From the NCBI GenBank assembly GCA_905178155.1, contig CAJINV010000018.1, positions 6,479-70,478 on the forward strand: a stretch of 64,000 bases of DNA, in the 5' to 3' direction. Positions within the stretch are counted from its first letter, which is position 1, and the number at the start of each line of letters is the position of its first letter. The position numbers and the translations under genes are program-made. Positions 1 to 11,693 of the stretch are shown here, piece after piece. Origin of the DNA: Amoebophrya sp. A120. Lineage: Eukaryota; Protista; Dinoflagellata. The notes below the pieces were generated by a model. The model searched no databases. It saw only the letters and a program-made list of their open reading frames with translations, and had not been told where the DNA came from.

Positions 1-3000
1 CAACCAAGGCAGAAGACCGAACGCATTCGCGAATGCTTCCGAATGGTCTCGATTTCTTCCTTGCAAGACTGCGAAGGCCAAACCAGAGTCGGGCAGCAGC
101 GTCAGAGTGGGTCTTCGCTGTCCAAAAGCTCAACCCTTCCGCGCTGCTGTCGAATATTCGCGACGCCGGAAAAACTGAGAAACCCCCAGGCGGACAAAGG
201 GCGCCGGGCTTTTTCGTTAAAAGGCTGCTGAAAAAGTGCTAAAATTTTTTTTGCCCCAAAGCAACACGGGGAGCACACGCGACAGCCGGGAAAAGGGGAA
301 GGCGACCGCCTTGCCCCGGGCCCGAAGGCAGGCGAGGCGGAAGAAGGGGGCGACAACAGGCGCCCTCTGAGAAAAACCCCGGCCAAGCCTACTTGCGCGC
401 CGGCCCCCTGGCGGGCCCCGCAAGCGCGCTGGCCGGCGGAAGGGCGACGGCTTGGGGCGGGAGAAAACGAAACATCTCCCCGACGGCGGATGTGCGCGCC
501 ACCCATTCGCGCCCCGAATGACCAGTCAGACTTGAGCAATGGTTCTCCCCATAGAACCTTCCCGAACGCCCGACCCTGCGAACGCCCCCCAAAGCCAATG
601 ACTCCCCCCGTTTCACAAGATGCTGGGGGGGCGGCGGGTCTGCTAAAAAAATGCTAAAAGTCTGCTAATTCAGTGCTAATCCCATTGCTCAATCCCCTGA
701 AACCACATCCCGCCGCGCAAGTTTTGGTCTGCTGCAGTGTGTGCTAAAGTGTCTGCTAAAAAATTGCTAGCTCTGTGCTAAAATGCAAAAACCCACAAAA
801 CGTTCCCGCTTTGGGGGGTCAGGCATTTTAGCATCAGAATTAGCAATGCACTTAGCAGGCGAAATTGCGATTTTAGCAGTGCCCAAAAATGTCCACTCCG
901 GAGTCAACTCCGGCCCAAACTCCGGCCCCTGCCGGAGGACCGGATGCCCTCTCCCAAAACCAGAAAAGAGCCCAACCGAAAATAAAAAAGCAAGACCGCC
1001 TCCCAGCACGAAATCTCCAACCACCGAAGTCGGCCATTGGAGATTTCTTCTCGGAGCTGCGTATCTTGCTACTTTTCTATGGCCCTGCGCAAGTGCCCCT
1101 GGCGGAGGACGAAGGCGTGGCGGGCGCGGCAGGGCCTCCCACCAAGGGCTTTCGCACCCTGGCTATGTTCCCCGCCGCGCCCGCAACTAGAAGCTCAAGA
1201 ATGGGAAACCGCCGAGAGCAGAAAAAGGAACACCGGTCGGGCCCGGGGGGCAGGCCCTAGGAACTTCAGGCGCGTGGCGGAAGCCCTGAAAAGCCTGTGG
1301 GGGGGACAGAGAAAAAGCACGGAACCCGTTGAGGCCGCTAGCAGACCAACACCCGGGGGCCGGTCTTTTGATTTTAGCAATTCTCTAGCCCATTTTAAGC
1401 GGGAAAATCCGGCGGCATGTGTCCGCCTGAAAACCCAAAGCATTCGGAGCGGCCTCCGAATGGTCGCGGTCAACCAAGGCAAAGACCGAACGCATTCGCG
1501 AATGCTTCCGAATGGTCTCGATTTCTTGAAAGACTGCGGAGGCCAAACCAGAGTCGGGCAGCAACGTCAGAGTGGGTCTTCGCTGTCCAAAAGCTCACGA
1601 ATATTCGCGACGCCGGAAAATAAAACCGAGAAACCCAAAGCATTCGGAGCTGCCTCCGAATGGTCGTGGTCAACCAAGGCAGAAGACCGAAAGCGTTCGC
1701 GAATGCTTCCGAATGGTCTCGATTTCTTGAAAGACTGCGGAGGCCAAACCAGAGTCGGGCAGCAGCGTCAGAGTGGGTCTTCGCTGTCCAAAAGCTCAAC
1801 CGTTCCGCGCTGCTGTCGAATATTCGCGATGCCGGAAAAACTGAGAAACCCAAAGCATTCGGAGCTACCTCCGAATGGTCGTGGTCAACCAAGGCAGAAG
1901 ACCGAATGCATTCGCGAATGCTTCCGAATGGTCTCGATTTCTTGAAAGACTGCGGAGGCCAAACCAGAGGCGGGCAGCAGCGTCAGAGTGGGTCTTCGCT
2001 GTCCAAAAGCTCAACCGTTCCGCGCTACTGTCGAATATTCGCGATGCCGGAAAAACTGAGAAACCCAAAGCATTCGGAGCTACCTCCGAATGGTCGTGGT
2101 CAACCAAGGCAGAAGACCGAATGCATTCGCGAATGCTTCCGAATGGTCTCGATTTCTTGAAAGACTGCGGAGGCCAAACCAGAGGCGGGCAGCAGCGTCA
2201 GAGTGGGTCCTCGCTGTCCAAAAGCTCAACCGTTCCGCGCTACTGTCGAATATTCGCGATGCCGGAAAAACTGAGAAACCCAAAGCATTCGGAGCTACCT
2301 CCGAATGGTCGTGGTCAACCAAGGCAGAAGACCGAATGCATTCGCGAATGCTTCCGAATGGTCTCGATTTCTTGAAAGACTGCGGAGGCCAAACCAGAGG
2401 CGGGCAGCAGCGTCAGAGTGGGTCCTCGCTGTCCAAAAGCTCAACCGTTCCGCGCTACTGTCGAATATTCGCGATGCCGGAAAAACTGAGAAACCCAAAG
2501 CATTCGGAGCTACCTCCGAATGGTCGTGGTCAACCAAGGCAGAAGACCGAATGCATTCGCGAATGCTTCCGAATGGTCTCGATTTCTTGAAAGACTGCGG
2601 AGGCCAAACCAGAGGCGGGCAGCAGCGTCAGAGTGGGTCTTCGCTGTCCAAAAGCTCAACCGTTCCGCGCTACTGTCGAATATTCGCGATGCCGGAAAAA
2701 CTGAGAAACCCAAAGCATTCGGAGCTACCTCCGAATGGTCGTGGTCAACCAAGGCAGAAGACCGAATGCATTCGCGAATGCTTCCGAATGGTCTCGATTT
2801 CTTGAAAGACTGCGGAGGCCAAACCAGAGGCGGGCAGCAGCGTCAGAGTGGGTCTTCGCTGTCCAAAAGCTCAACCGTTCCGCGCTACTGTCGAATATTC
2901 GCGATGCCGGAAAAACTGAGAAACCCAAAGCATTCGGAGCTACCTCCGAATGGTCGCGGTCAACCAAGGCAGAAGACCGAACGCATTCGCGAATGCTTCC

Positions 3001-3545
3001 GAATGGTCTCGATTTCTTCCTTGCAAGACTGCGAAGGCCAAACCAGAGTCGGGCAGCAGCGTCAGAGTGGGTCTTCGCTGTCCAAAAGCTCAACCCTTCC
3101 GCGCTGCTGTCGAATATTCGCGAGGCCGGAAAAACTGAGAAACCCAAAGCGTTCGGAGCTACCTCCGAATGGTCGCGGTCAACCAAGGCAGAAGACCGAA
3201 CGCATTCGCGAATGCTTCCGAATGGTCTCGATTTCTTGAAAGACTGCGGAGGCCAAACCAGAGTCGGGCAGCAGCGTCAGAGTGGGTCCGCGCTGTCCAA
3301 AAGCTCAACCTTTCCGCGCGGCTGTCGAATCTTCGCGATGCTGGAAAACCTGAGAAACCCAAAGCAATCGGAGCTGCCTCCGAATGGTCGCTCGCGGCCA
3401 ACCAAGGCAGAAGACCGAATGCATTCGCGAATGCTTCCGAATGGTCTCGGTTTCTTGAAAGACTGCGGAGGCCAAACCAGAGTCGGGCAGCAGCGTCAGA
3501 GTGGGTCCTCGCTGTCCAAACGCTCAGCCTTTCCGCGCGGCTGTA
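1..3545. repeat. Tandem satellite, ~215-bp unit (~10 copies after 1430 plus a partial copy at 1-186; some 219-bp variants)
   Basis: The unit caaccaaggcagaagaccgaatgcattcgcgaatgcttccgaatgg... recurs every 215 bp (ORF-track repeats at 1660, 1875, 2090, 2305, 2520, 2735); copies degenerate near 3300-3545. Confidence 0.97.
187..1429. mobile_element. Non-autonomous hAT-like TIR element inserted in the satellite
   Basis: Ends CAGGCGGACA.../...TGTCCGCCTG with imperfect ~55-bp TIRs. Flanks gaaacccc / aaaaccca match the satellite 8-mer gaaaccca (8-bp TSD, one mismatch each). The satellite resumes in register; no transposase ORF. Confidence 0.8.
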
Positions 3546-4826
3546 GAAATATATTTTTCTGAAGGGCTTATTATTGAAAACTCTCACAGGGAATACATCA
3601 AATAAAGCTCCTGTAGCTGTACTTGCGAGCTGTAAGCTTTTATCTCGCCGACCACTAGTACGAAGAAGTAGTTCCCCGTGAAAACACGCCTGTGAAAAGA
3701 GAGGACGAGCAAAGCTTGTGCTACTCCTACCCACTACCGCTTTCTTTCTTTCTTTCTTGTCGTGCCTGGGCATGGCGTCAAATGTTCAAGGCCCTATAAT
3801 ACTCCATCCCACTACCGCTAGCGCGGCGTGCTCTAATCTAAAACGATTCAGTATTGCATTTAGCTGACCAAAGCGCCTTATCAAGAACTGGCCGTAATGT
3901 GCTCTTTCCAGGAATGATCCACATGATTGTACTGATAATTTGTTTTTGCGTTTTCTTCTCTCGTCGACTTTCTGATGATCCTCTCTTCACCTTGCTGGTG
4001 AGGATCATCGCTATGTCTTCATTCTGGAACCTAATTCAACTCACTCTATCAGAACCTAATTTCTTCCACAGACGATCCGAAGACGAAGTCGTTGTAGATC
4101 ACAATATTTCTGCGATAGTGCTGTTTGGCTAAGGCTAACTAACCCAGGTCGCAAACAACGAAAAAACCTGGTGCTCAGGCAACATTCGTAGTTGTACGAT
4201 TTTCAACGGCTCCCCTCCATCGAAAAAGCCAGCACTTTCTTCATGTCGTGGTGATCGCAATTAAGTACTACTTGGTCGACACAGGGAAGACCCCGGTGGA
4301 TCTTGCACACTGCGTTCGTGTTTTGAAATGAGACTCTCCAACGGTAGGTCGACGCGTCGGTCCGAGCGCGTCTATACGAGCGCACTCGCTTTCAGATCCA
4401 GCTTTTTAAAAAACGTGCCTTCTTTGTTTTTTTGGAACAGACCGTCTCAAGCAGGAGGCGGCATGATGCGTTTATGATGTGGTCTCTGGTTTTTTTGCTT
4501 CAAAAGAATGAAAACCACGTCGACAGTCGACGCTCGCTTTCCATATTTCATTTATCATTCCCGACCAAAAAAAGCTACTGTGATTGGCGCTACAAATTCG
4601 CAGCCAGATTTGCTTTCGCACCCAAGAATGAGCGCGGCTTCACAAAACTTTCAGTGTTCACATACCAGTCTTGGAAGCGTCGTCGCCAGCCAACGCGTGC
4701 TCCCAAAAGTGTAAAGTGTTAAGAGAATATTTTTCCTCCGGAAAAGTTTCTGAGAAGCCTTTCGTTAGCCTAGTGCTTCTTTAAGTACGTATACAACATC
4801 TTGGGTGAGCAGCTTCTGGTTTTGGA

Positions 4827-6405
4827 CTACGCCGGCGCTTCACTACCGAAATAGGGCTGCGCTACAACTTTTTCTTGAAATGCGATTTCATCCGCCCGTA
4901 GTGATGCGGCACTTTCTGGCGAGAGCATTTCCATGTCCAAAATTTCCTGCGGAGAAAAGCCGGTCTCGATCACGAAGCGAAAAAAACTGAGTCCGGCATC
5001 GGTGTCCCAATCGTAGGTGTCATAATCGCAGGGCTCTACGATGCGGTAAAAACGGCGGGTTTCTTGCAACTCGGCGCGCAGTTGCGTCTGTGCATCCTCA
5101 TCGTCGTACGGCTTACCCGCCTCTGCAGCGGCCATGGAACGTCGAAAAACCCAGACCTTGAGCGGACGGTCTGTCAGGAGATTCCGGAAACCTTGCATCT
5201 GGGGATCGCGTCCTTTGTACTCGTACTCGCGACAGTCGAGGAATTCCAGCATTTGGCCGAATTTTGCCACCACCTGCAGTCCCTGGAAAACACCAATGTG
5301 GTCGGGATTTGATGTGCGGAGTTGGGGCCCGGGAACGCCGCGTTTCATCGCATGCAGCATGGCGCCATTCCAATGAAGATTCGAGTGGAGAAGATCCAGC
5401 AAAACAGGCGGAACGCGATTTTCACTATCCGCTCCCGTGATGATGAAACTGAACTTGTAGTTGGTAACTGGTGCGACAATGTAGCCGGACCGACCGGCCG
5501 CAATTACATTATCGCAGAGGCGGACCTCATCTTGCGTCCGCTTGCTAATTCCCATCCCGAATTCCAGCCGAAAAACATCCTCTGGCGTTTCTTTTTCTTC
5601 TAAAGCGACTGCTTGTGCCTCACCATCCATGGTGATTTCATCACCTTCGAGCGAAAGAGGCATGCCCAGAAGCAACTGCGGCGAAGAGCCTGAAATGCGG
5701 TTGCCACTGCTGTCCACAAGTCCCTTGTGCCAGAACTGCAAACACATGTACGGGTCAGCTGATGGCGTTCCGTCGGGGAGCTGCAAGTGCGTGTGCACCA
5801 TCCTGACCTGATTGATTGCACACTGCGACGTGCTGCCCTGGCTCTTGCCGCGGTTCATAGAAAAACAGCGGTTCCGCAGCCGATCACACAAAGTCTCGTC
5901 ACTGATATCAATGTTGGTTTCCGGACAATAGGCACGTAGGCAACACCAGGACTTCCCACCGTCGTCCGGCAGCGGTTCGCAGACCAAGCGCACGTCCACT
6001 GTGCCCGCTGTCGTGGATGGATCATTCGACTGTAGTCTCAATTGTGCATCAAATCAGGCAAATAATGCACTGCAATGGTTCATCTTGTTGGGTCTCTGAA
6101 GGTGTAAACAGCAAAAGGCTTTATCTTCATGAATGAGAAACAGTTGAAAAGTTAAAGCAAATACACGAGCCTCCTTCTTGCAGTCCCGCGGCAGCCACAC
6201 CTCTGCCAAGAAAATTTTGAGTTCGGGAATTCGGACCAGCTCCCGCGCCGACAATTTTCCGTAAAGCAGGCAACCTGCAGCGCATGTTTCCCAGTCCTTC
6301 CTTCATCGTGACACCAGTGGGTAGTCCGACGGCAGGCTGCGCGGCGCGGCAGAGAGTGACTGAAAAACAGGCGTATTTGATGACAAATGTCCAGGCATTC
6401 ACCAT
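4827..6405 (-). CDS. Unknown family A protein, copy 1 (exon 6405-6171 with hydrophobic N-terminus, intron ~6044-6170, main exon to 4827)
   Basis: 404-aa ORF with clear paralogs at 14.9k, 17.7k and 63.3k (shared LRAYCPET, LCDRLRNR, TDRPxKVW, IETGFSP); upstream exon MRCRLPALR also conserved. Confidence 0.8.
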
Positions 6406-7999
6406 GGTATACTAGATTCTAGTTGGCCATCGCCAAAGTGTAGTGTTGTGGTATCCATATAAAAGAAAGAAACACGAGGTCGCTACTTTTAAAATCCACT
6501 ATGCTACTGATCTAAGACAGAGCTTGTCCTTTTTCAAGATTAGCCTGAGTTCTCGGTCGACTCGATTGCTTATTCACAAAAAAACTAGCTCGGAAATGTG
6601 AGTCGAGCGATTTGAAATGTTTTTTTTTCCTTTAGAGACCTGGAATTCTTGCGCACATCACGCTTTAACACGCCTTTTAATATGAGAAAACAACTCCGTC
6701 TGACAAACAGTTCATCTTTGGACCATGAATCGCTATTATGCTGCCTAGCCGCAGTGACGCAGTCCAGTTTTTCAGCGGAACTAGAGCTCTACTGGATTTC
6801 GGGATTACAGTTTCGGCTTTGCAGCTACTAAAAGAACAATTTCCAGACTAACGCTCTATTGCTCGGATATCTTGTTAGAGATAGCTGATAAATCATGCTG
6901 CGAAGGATCGATTTGGAGCTCCAGGTGTATTTCCATCAGCGGAACCAAGCGAGGTTTTCGCCCGTCGCTCAGTTGCATTTTTCAATTCAAAACCAAGGTA
7001 GCTGATACCACAATAAATGGAGCATGTGCACTGCGACCGGCTGTTCGACGTAAACAGAGGCTGCATTTTCCGCCGCTCACTAAATGGCAACTGCGATCCG
7101 CTCTATAAATGATATCCTGGCCTGCTATGATACACCAAATTGCAATTCTTAATCCCCGTTGCCTCTCTAAAAAGCTCGAAGAGCGCATCCATACTGCGCA
7201 TGGCCAATACTGACGCGACAATTCCATCAAAGGCTGCTACGTGCAATCTTGGTCCGTCTCGGCCCCTAAATGGTGCTTCTCTAACCTTGTACAAGGAGCC
7301 GCAACTTGCAGCCACCATGGAGGCCATAGTTTTCCGACAACTTCTGTGGAGTTCTTTGGATTTGGTATGTCGAAGAATATTTATCTGGCCTTAGATTTCC
7401 ACTTCGCTCTGAATTTCTATATCCTGATTGCTGACCATCAACGAAATAGACGGCCAAAACGCAAAAAACTACGTAGTGCGAGTTTTTGAAGTTTCTACGT
7501 GGGCACAGGGGCCCTTCCACAAAAGCGGCGATTTTCCACAATTGCTACATTGAAAAAAAAAAGTTCTTGTGCAAAAACAGTCGCGGATAAGGTCTCAGAC
7601 GCGCTTTTATTTGATGAAGCCACGTATTTATAATTTACTACTAAAAGAGATGTGACTAAAGGCCACAGATGCGTATTTTCAATACATAAATAGAATTATC
7701 CATAGCTTCTTGAAGAACTTTTCGTTCTTGGAAGGAAAACAAGAATCGACATAGTGCACTTACATCCATCAATTCTCAAGTGAGCTCGACAGCCCATGGG
7801 ACAGAGCGGCGCCATCTCGTCTCGCAGAAAAATATTTTCGCACTACGTGCACGACATGAGTAAGCGCGTGACGAAACGGCTCGCGCGGTATCTTCGGGCT
7901 AAGTATCTGGCCAGACAGGCCCTCTTGCGTCATTTCTAAAACAACTCTTTGAAAAGATCGGCTTCAACTATCGGCGGCGCGAATTATCTAGAACCGCGC

Positions 8000-9211
8000 T
8001 CAGCTAGCCGGGTTGCGAAATTGTGGGAACCGCAGGCGGGCGATGCGCTCCTCGTCCGTCATTCTGCCCCCGCCCATGTAGTTGGGGTTTGCTTGGATGG
8101 CGTGGCGGTCCACGTGGGTTCGGCGCTGCAACACTCCTTGAAACCGCGCGTACGCACGTCTGCCGCCCCAAGCCTTCATGGTTGGAGTTCCTACAAACTT
8201 CTTTTTAGATTTCTGGTCCTGTATGTACTTGGGGACCGGATCCGGGTTGCCAGGATGGTTGGCGCGCAGCAAGTGCTGCACGGCGCCTTGATCATACGGA
8301 TTTGTCAATCCGAAGTTGTTCTCGAGCTGCTGCCTCTCGGCGTCTCGCGCTGCACGTCCCGGCTTCACGTACGACACGACCTCCCGCCGGTCTGTAGTGT
8401 CTTGTCCCTGGTCGTTTGTGTTTGCAGCTTCCAAAATCATTCGTCCCATATGCCTCTGCGTTGCGACCTTGCGGTCGAACTCTGACACCGTCGGATCGTT
8501 TTCGTCATTCGGTTTTGGAAGCAGCGTGTCCAAACCATCTGGCGTTGTTGCCATATTAGCGGGACGCACGCTGACGCACGTCGGGTGCTGGTAGACGCCG
8601 TGCGTCTTCGACTTCGGGTGATCTTCGCTGGGAGCGTCTCGGTTTTTCTTCACAACCATATGACTGTACGGCTGCTGCAGCAGTGCCTCCGCAGCTGCTG
8701 CGTCATCGGCAGTCTCGACTTGGGTACTGTCGACCATGTGAGGCGGAAACCTGCTGTAGCCAGCGTTTGCCATATCCTGCTCACTTGGGGGGAGCGGCTG
8801 GACAGAAGCACCTTGAAAGATGAGTGCGTTCTCGTTCTTGTCGTCAATGACATTGATGTCACCGAGCGTGTTGATCATGGCCTCTGCATTGCGGTTTGCG
8901 CCATCCACAAACTCGGAACTGATCGTATTTCCCCCCCGGTTTACCGGCCACAGTGCTGTGATATCGGGGGCCTGATATTTGTTGCGGTTGTCTTGGCTGA
9001 TTAGGTAAGCTTCCCGTGGCACCGCTGGTACGAGGTGAATATTTTCTCCGTTTGTATGGTCAAACGTCTTTTCGGACCACGAAAGCTCGTAAGACCCGTC
9101 ATCTTTCACTCGGAAGTCTTGTATTTCTCGCCGATCAAGTTGATTCTTATACCCTGTCACCGTCTTCATCGTGTTGAGCGTCTGCTTGCGAAGTTCTGGC
9201 TGCGTTCGCAT
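8000..9211 (-). CDS. Hypothetical protein, 403 aa, single ORF
   Basis: Long ATG-initiated ORF on the coding strand with ordinary composition; no family recognised. Confidence 0.7.
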   Translation of the reverse strand: MRTQPELRKQTLNTMKTVTGYKNQLDRREIQDFRVKDDGSYELSWSEKTFDHTNGENIHLVPAVPREAYLISQDNRNKYQAPDITALWPVNRGGNTISSEFVDGANRNAEAMINTLGDINVIDDKNENALIFQGASVQPLPPSEQDMANAGYSRFPPHMVDSTQVETADDAAAAEALLQQPYSHMVVKKNRDAPSEDHPKSKTHGVYQHPTCVSVRPANMATTPDGLDTLLPKPNDENDPTVSEFDRKVATQRHMGRMILEAANTNDQGQDTTDRREVVSYVKPGRAARDAERQQLENNFGLTNPYDQGAVQHLLRANHPGNPDPVPKYIQDQKSKKKFVGTPTMKAWGGRRAYARFQGVLQRRTHVDRHAIQANPNYMGGGRMTDEERIARLRFPQFRNPAS

Positions 9212-9560
9212 GATTTCCTTATAGCAGAGTAAAAACGTTCAAGCATTACAGCAACCCTGTCTGATCCGGCTATAGGCCGCAGGGGGCGACAACCACAAGT
9301 CCAAGTCGAATGAAAAAACCTTCATGCACATTCCTCCCAAATTGGAAAATGTAAAGCGCAATAGTTCTCGACTGGGTTATCTCGAAGTTTATGACTCTCA
9401 TCATGTGCGATATGTTTTAAGGCGATCCTCTTCTGCTTGGACTCGTGCTTCAGCGTCTGGATCAGGTTCGCGATCAACGTCCCACTCATGCGTCGGCATG
9501 TAGTCGATCCGCGGTAGAACTATGGAGGTTGGACAAGCTTGTCTGGGCGCAAGTGGTAAC

Positions 9561-10066
9561 TCAAAGCATGATCATGCAGACAATAGTCCTTCGCGCAGCG
9601 AGAGTACTGCTACGGCGAAGAAAAAATGAAAAGTCTACTTTTACCGATCGTTTCCAACTTATATTACGGACCCACAGAACAAAGGGGCCAGTCTCACTTC
9701 GCATGCAAACAATTTTTGCCATCTCCCTACGCCCACAAGAAGATCTTGTCATAAGATTGCTAAGATCGATGTTCCCGTCCGCGTCCAGCGTCCCGCCAAC
9801 CTCTAGAACGGAAAGCGTCCGTGCCTGTCTTACGATAGGCAGATCATTATCTTCGTAATCATCCGCATCGCTACCTGCGGGGGATGCGCTTGGACCACTG
9901 TGATGCGTTCCACTGCTGCCAGCGGACGGGGGTCCTGCGGTAGATGAAGAGGATGCGCTTGGACCTGTGTGTGGCACTCTTTTGCTGCTAGCGGGCAAGG
10001 GCGTTGCGGTGGAAGAAGAGGATGCTTCTGCTCTCGGAAAAGTAGATAATCCCAATGGGTCGCCAT
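9561..10066 (-). CDS. Possible S/A/G-rich exon(s) of a hypothetical gene
   Basis: 164-aa ORF with an internal HTGPSASSSS/HSGPSASP repeat; boundaries uncertain. Confidence 0.4.
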
Positions 10067-11693
10067 TTCCTTCGTTGTTTGTTCCTATGAATTGGAGTTA
10101 ATGTTTGTCCGCATTAAAAATATTTTCATTTTTTATCCGACAGAAAGTGAAAGAGGAAGAGCGCCTTTTCCTTTTGTGAGTGATCTCGTTATCGACGTGA
10201 AGTTGATCCTTACAGAGAACAACAAAAAGAAAAACCACCACCGAGACATCGGGAAACCATACAGAATACCGACGGAAGGCAACCACGTTTCCAAAACTTG
10301 TAAACAACACAAAACCAGAACTAAACTCAAAAACCAAAACTTGAGTTGAGTTGGATCGTGGGTTGATTTCTTGGTTGGAGCCCGGAATTCGAAATCGAAA
10401 AACATCAATCACAAAAAACCGACAAGAGTGGCTGAGGAAAGTTGCTGGGTACGACAGTATGCACCGCAACAAACTATCTACAACTCATTGGCCCAACCAA
10501 ATTTGGACGAGCATTTGACGCGACCGAACTCTCACGTGTCAGTGAGCTCAGGCAGTTTCCATGTCACCAGGGGTAGAGGCGATCGCTCGGCAACAATGAC
10601 ATTGCCCATCGCTGGGTCGCGGAAAACTGCTCGTGGCTCGACTTCCCGGGAGAAACGAAAGGTCGCCACTGTTGCTCTGCAATTCCGGGAGCCATTCTGA
10701 CGCTAGGTGAAGCTGCTCTTCAAAACAAAAATCAGAGGTAGTGAAAAGTTGCGGACTGTCGGTTATCACAAATTTCGCCCGACGAAAAATCAAATCCAAA
10801 TCGGTAAAATAAATATAAAATACAATAGAAGAAACGCTTCTTTTGTTGAAAAGGTGAACGCAGAAAACCAAGATCAGAGACTGCCAACGAGTACTTGAAG
10901 TAGTTATTGTTGCTGAAGTGAATTGAATTTGTGAGGTAAGAGTGCTAATTGTTCAAAACAATTCAGGAAGAGCGCGCGAGCGGTTTTCAGCTACTGATGC
11001 ACGATCACCTGTGGAGCAAAAAGAGTGCTGCTCGACGATGTACTTGCATTTTGATCAAACGCTTTCTCCCTCTGGAAGCGCCGCGTCGACAGTCGACGCC
11101 TGCGCTCCATATTTCATTCTACATTCTCGATAAAAAAGTGCTGTGTCTGATTCGGAAATCATTGGCACTACAAACGAAAAGTTCATAGATCGTAGTTGAA
11201 AAGTCCAACGCTTGCTTCCGAAAGCAAACGCAATAGAAGCGCTCAGTTGCTTGTTTCCTTTTCTGATTGCGTTCTAGTTCACTTCTTGTGCCTCTTGTCG
11301 TCTTTCAAAAAATCTGAATGGCCAAAGAGCGCTTCCGAGCGACTTCTCTTTTGTGTTGCCGGCAGGTTGTGCAAAAACGAAGTCGGAGAGCAGTACGACC
11401 AGAAATCCTCCAAACAGCTACAGCTCCCCCGGGACTTGGTATCACCAAGCGTAGTGGACCCGATCTGGCAAAGGATAAGACTCACACTCCGTCTGCTCCA
11501 CGAATCGCTGGTATGGAAGGGAAGCTTCGTCCCACCTGTCAACCATCATCGCCTCCTAGCATTGATGCGATTCGTTTTCTGACTGAAAGCGCCGCGCTTT
11601 TACAATTGCTTCGTGACCAGGAATAAAATACACAGCATCTTCGTGTTTGTTGCTCTGCGTACGGCGAATTGCAGCAGCGGTGTACATGCAAAG

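Noticed and set aside
1-3560. Repeating ORFs in the satellite, or a CRISPR-like array
   Set aside because: The 215-bp unit is not a multiple of 3, so frames rotate; there are no unique spacers and no cas genes
6500-7900. Possible gene or transposase remnant
   Set aside because: Only short ORFs and no recognisable motif
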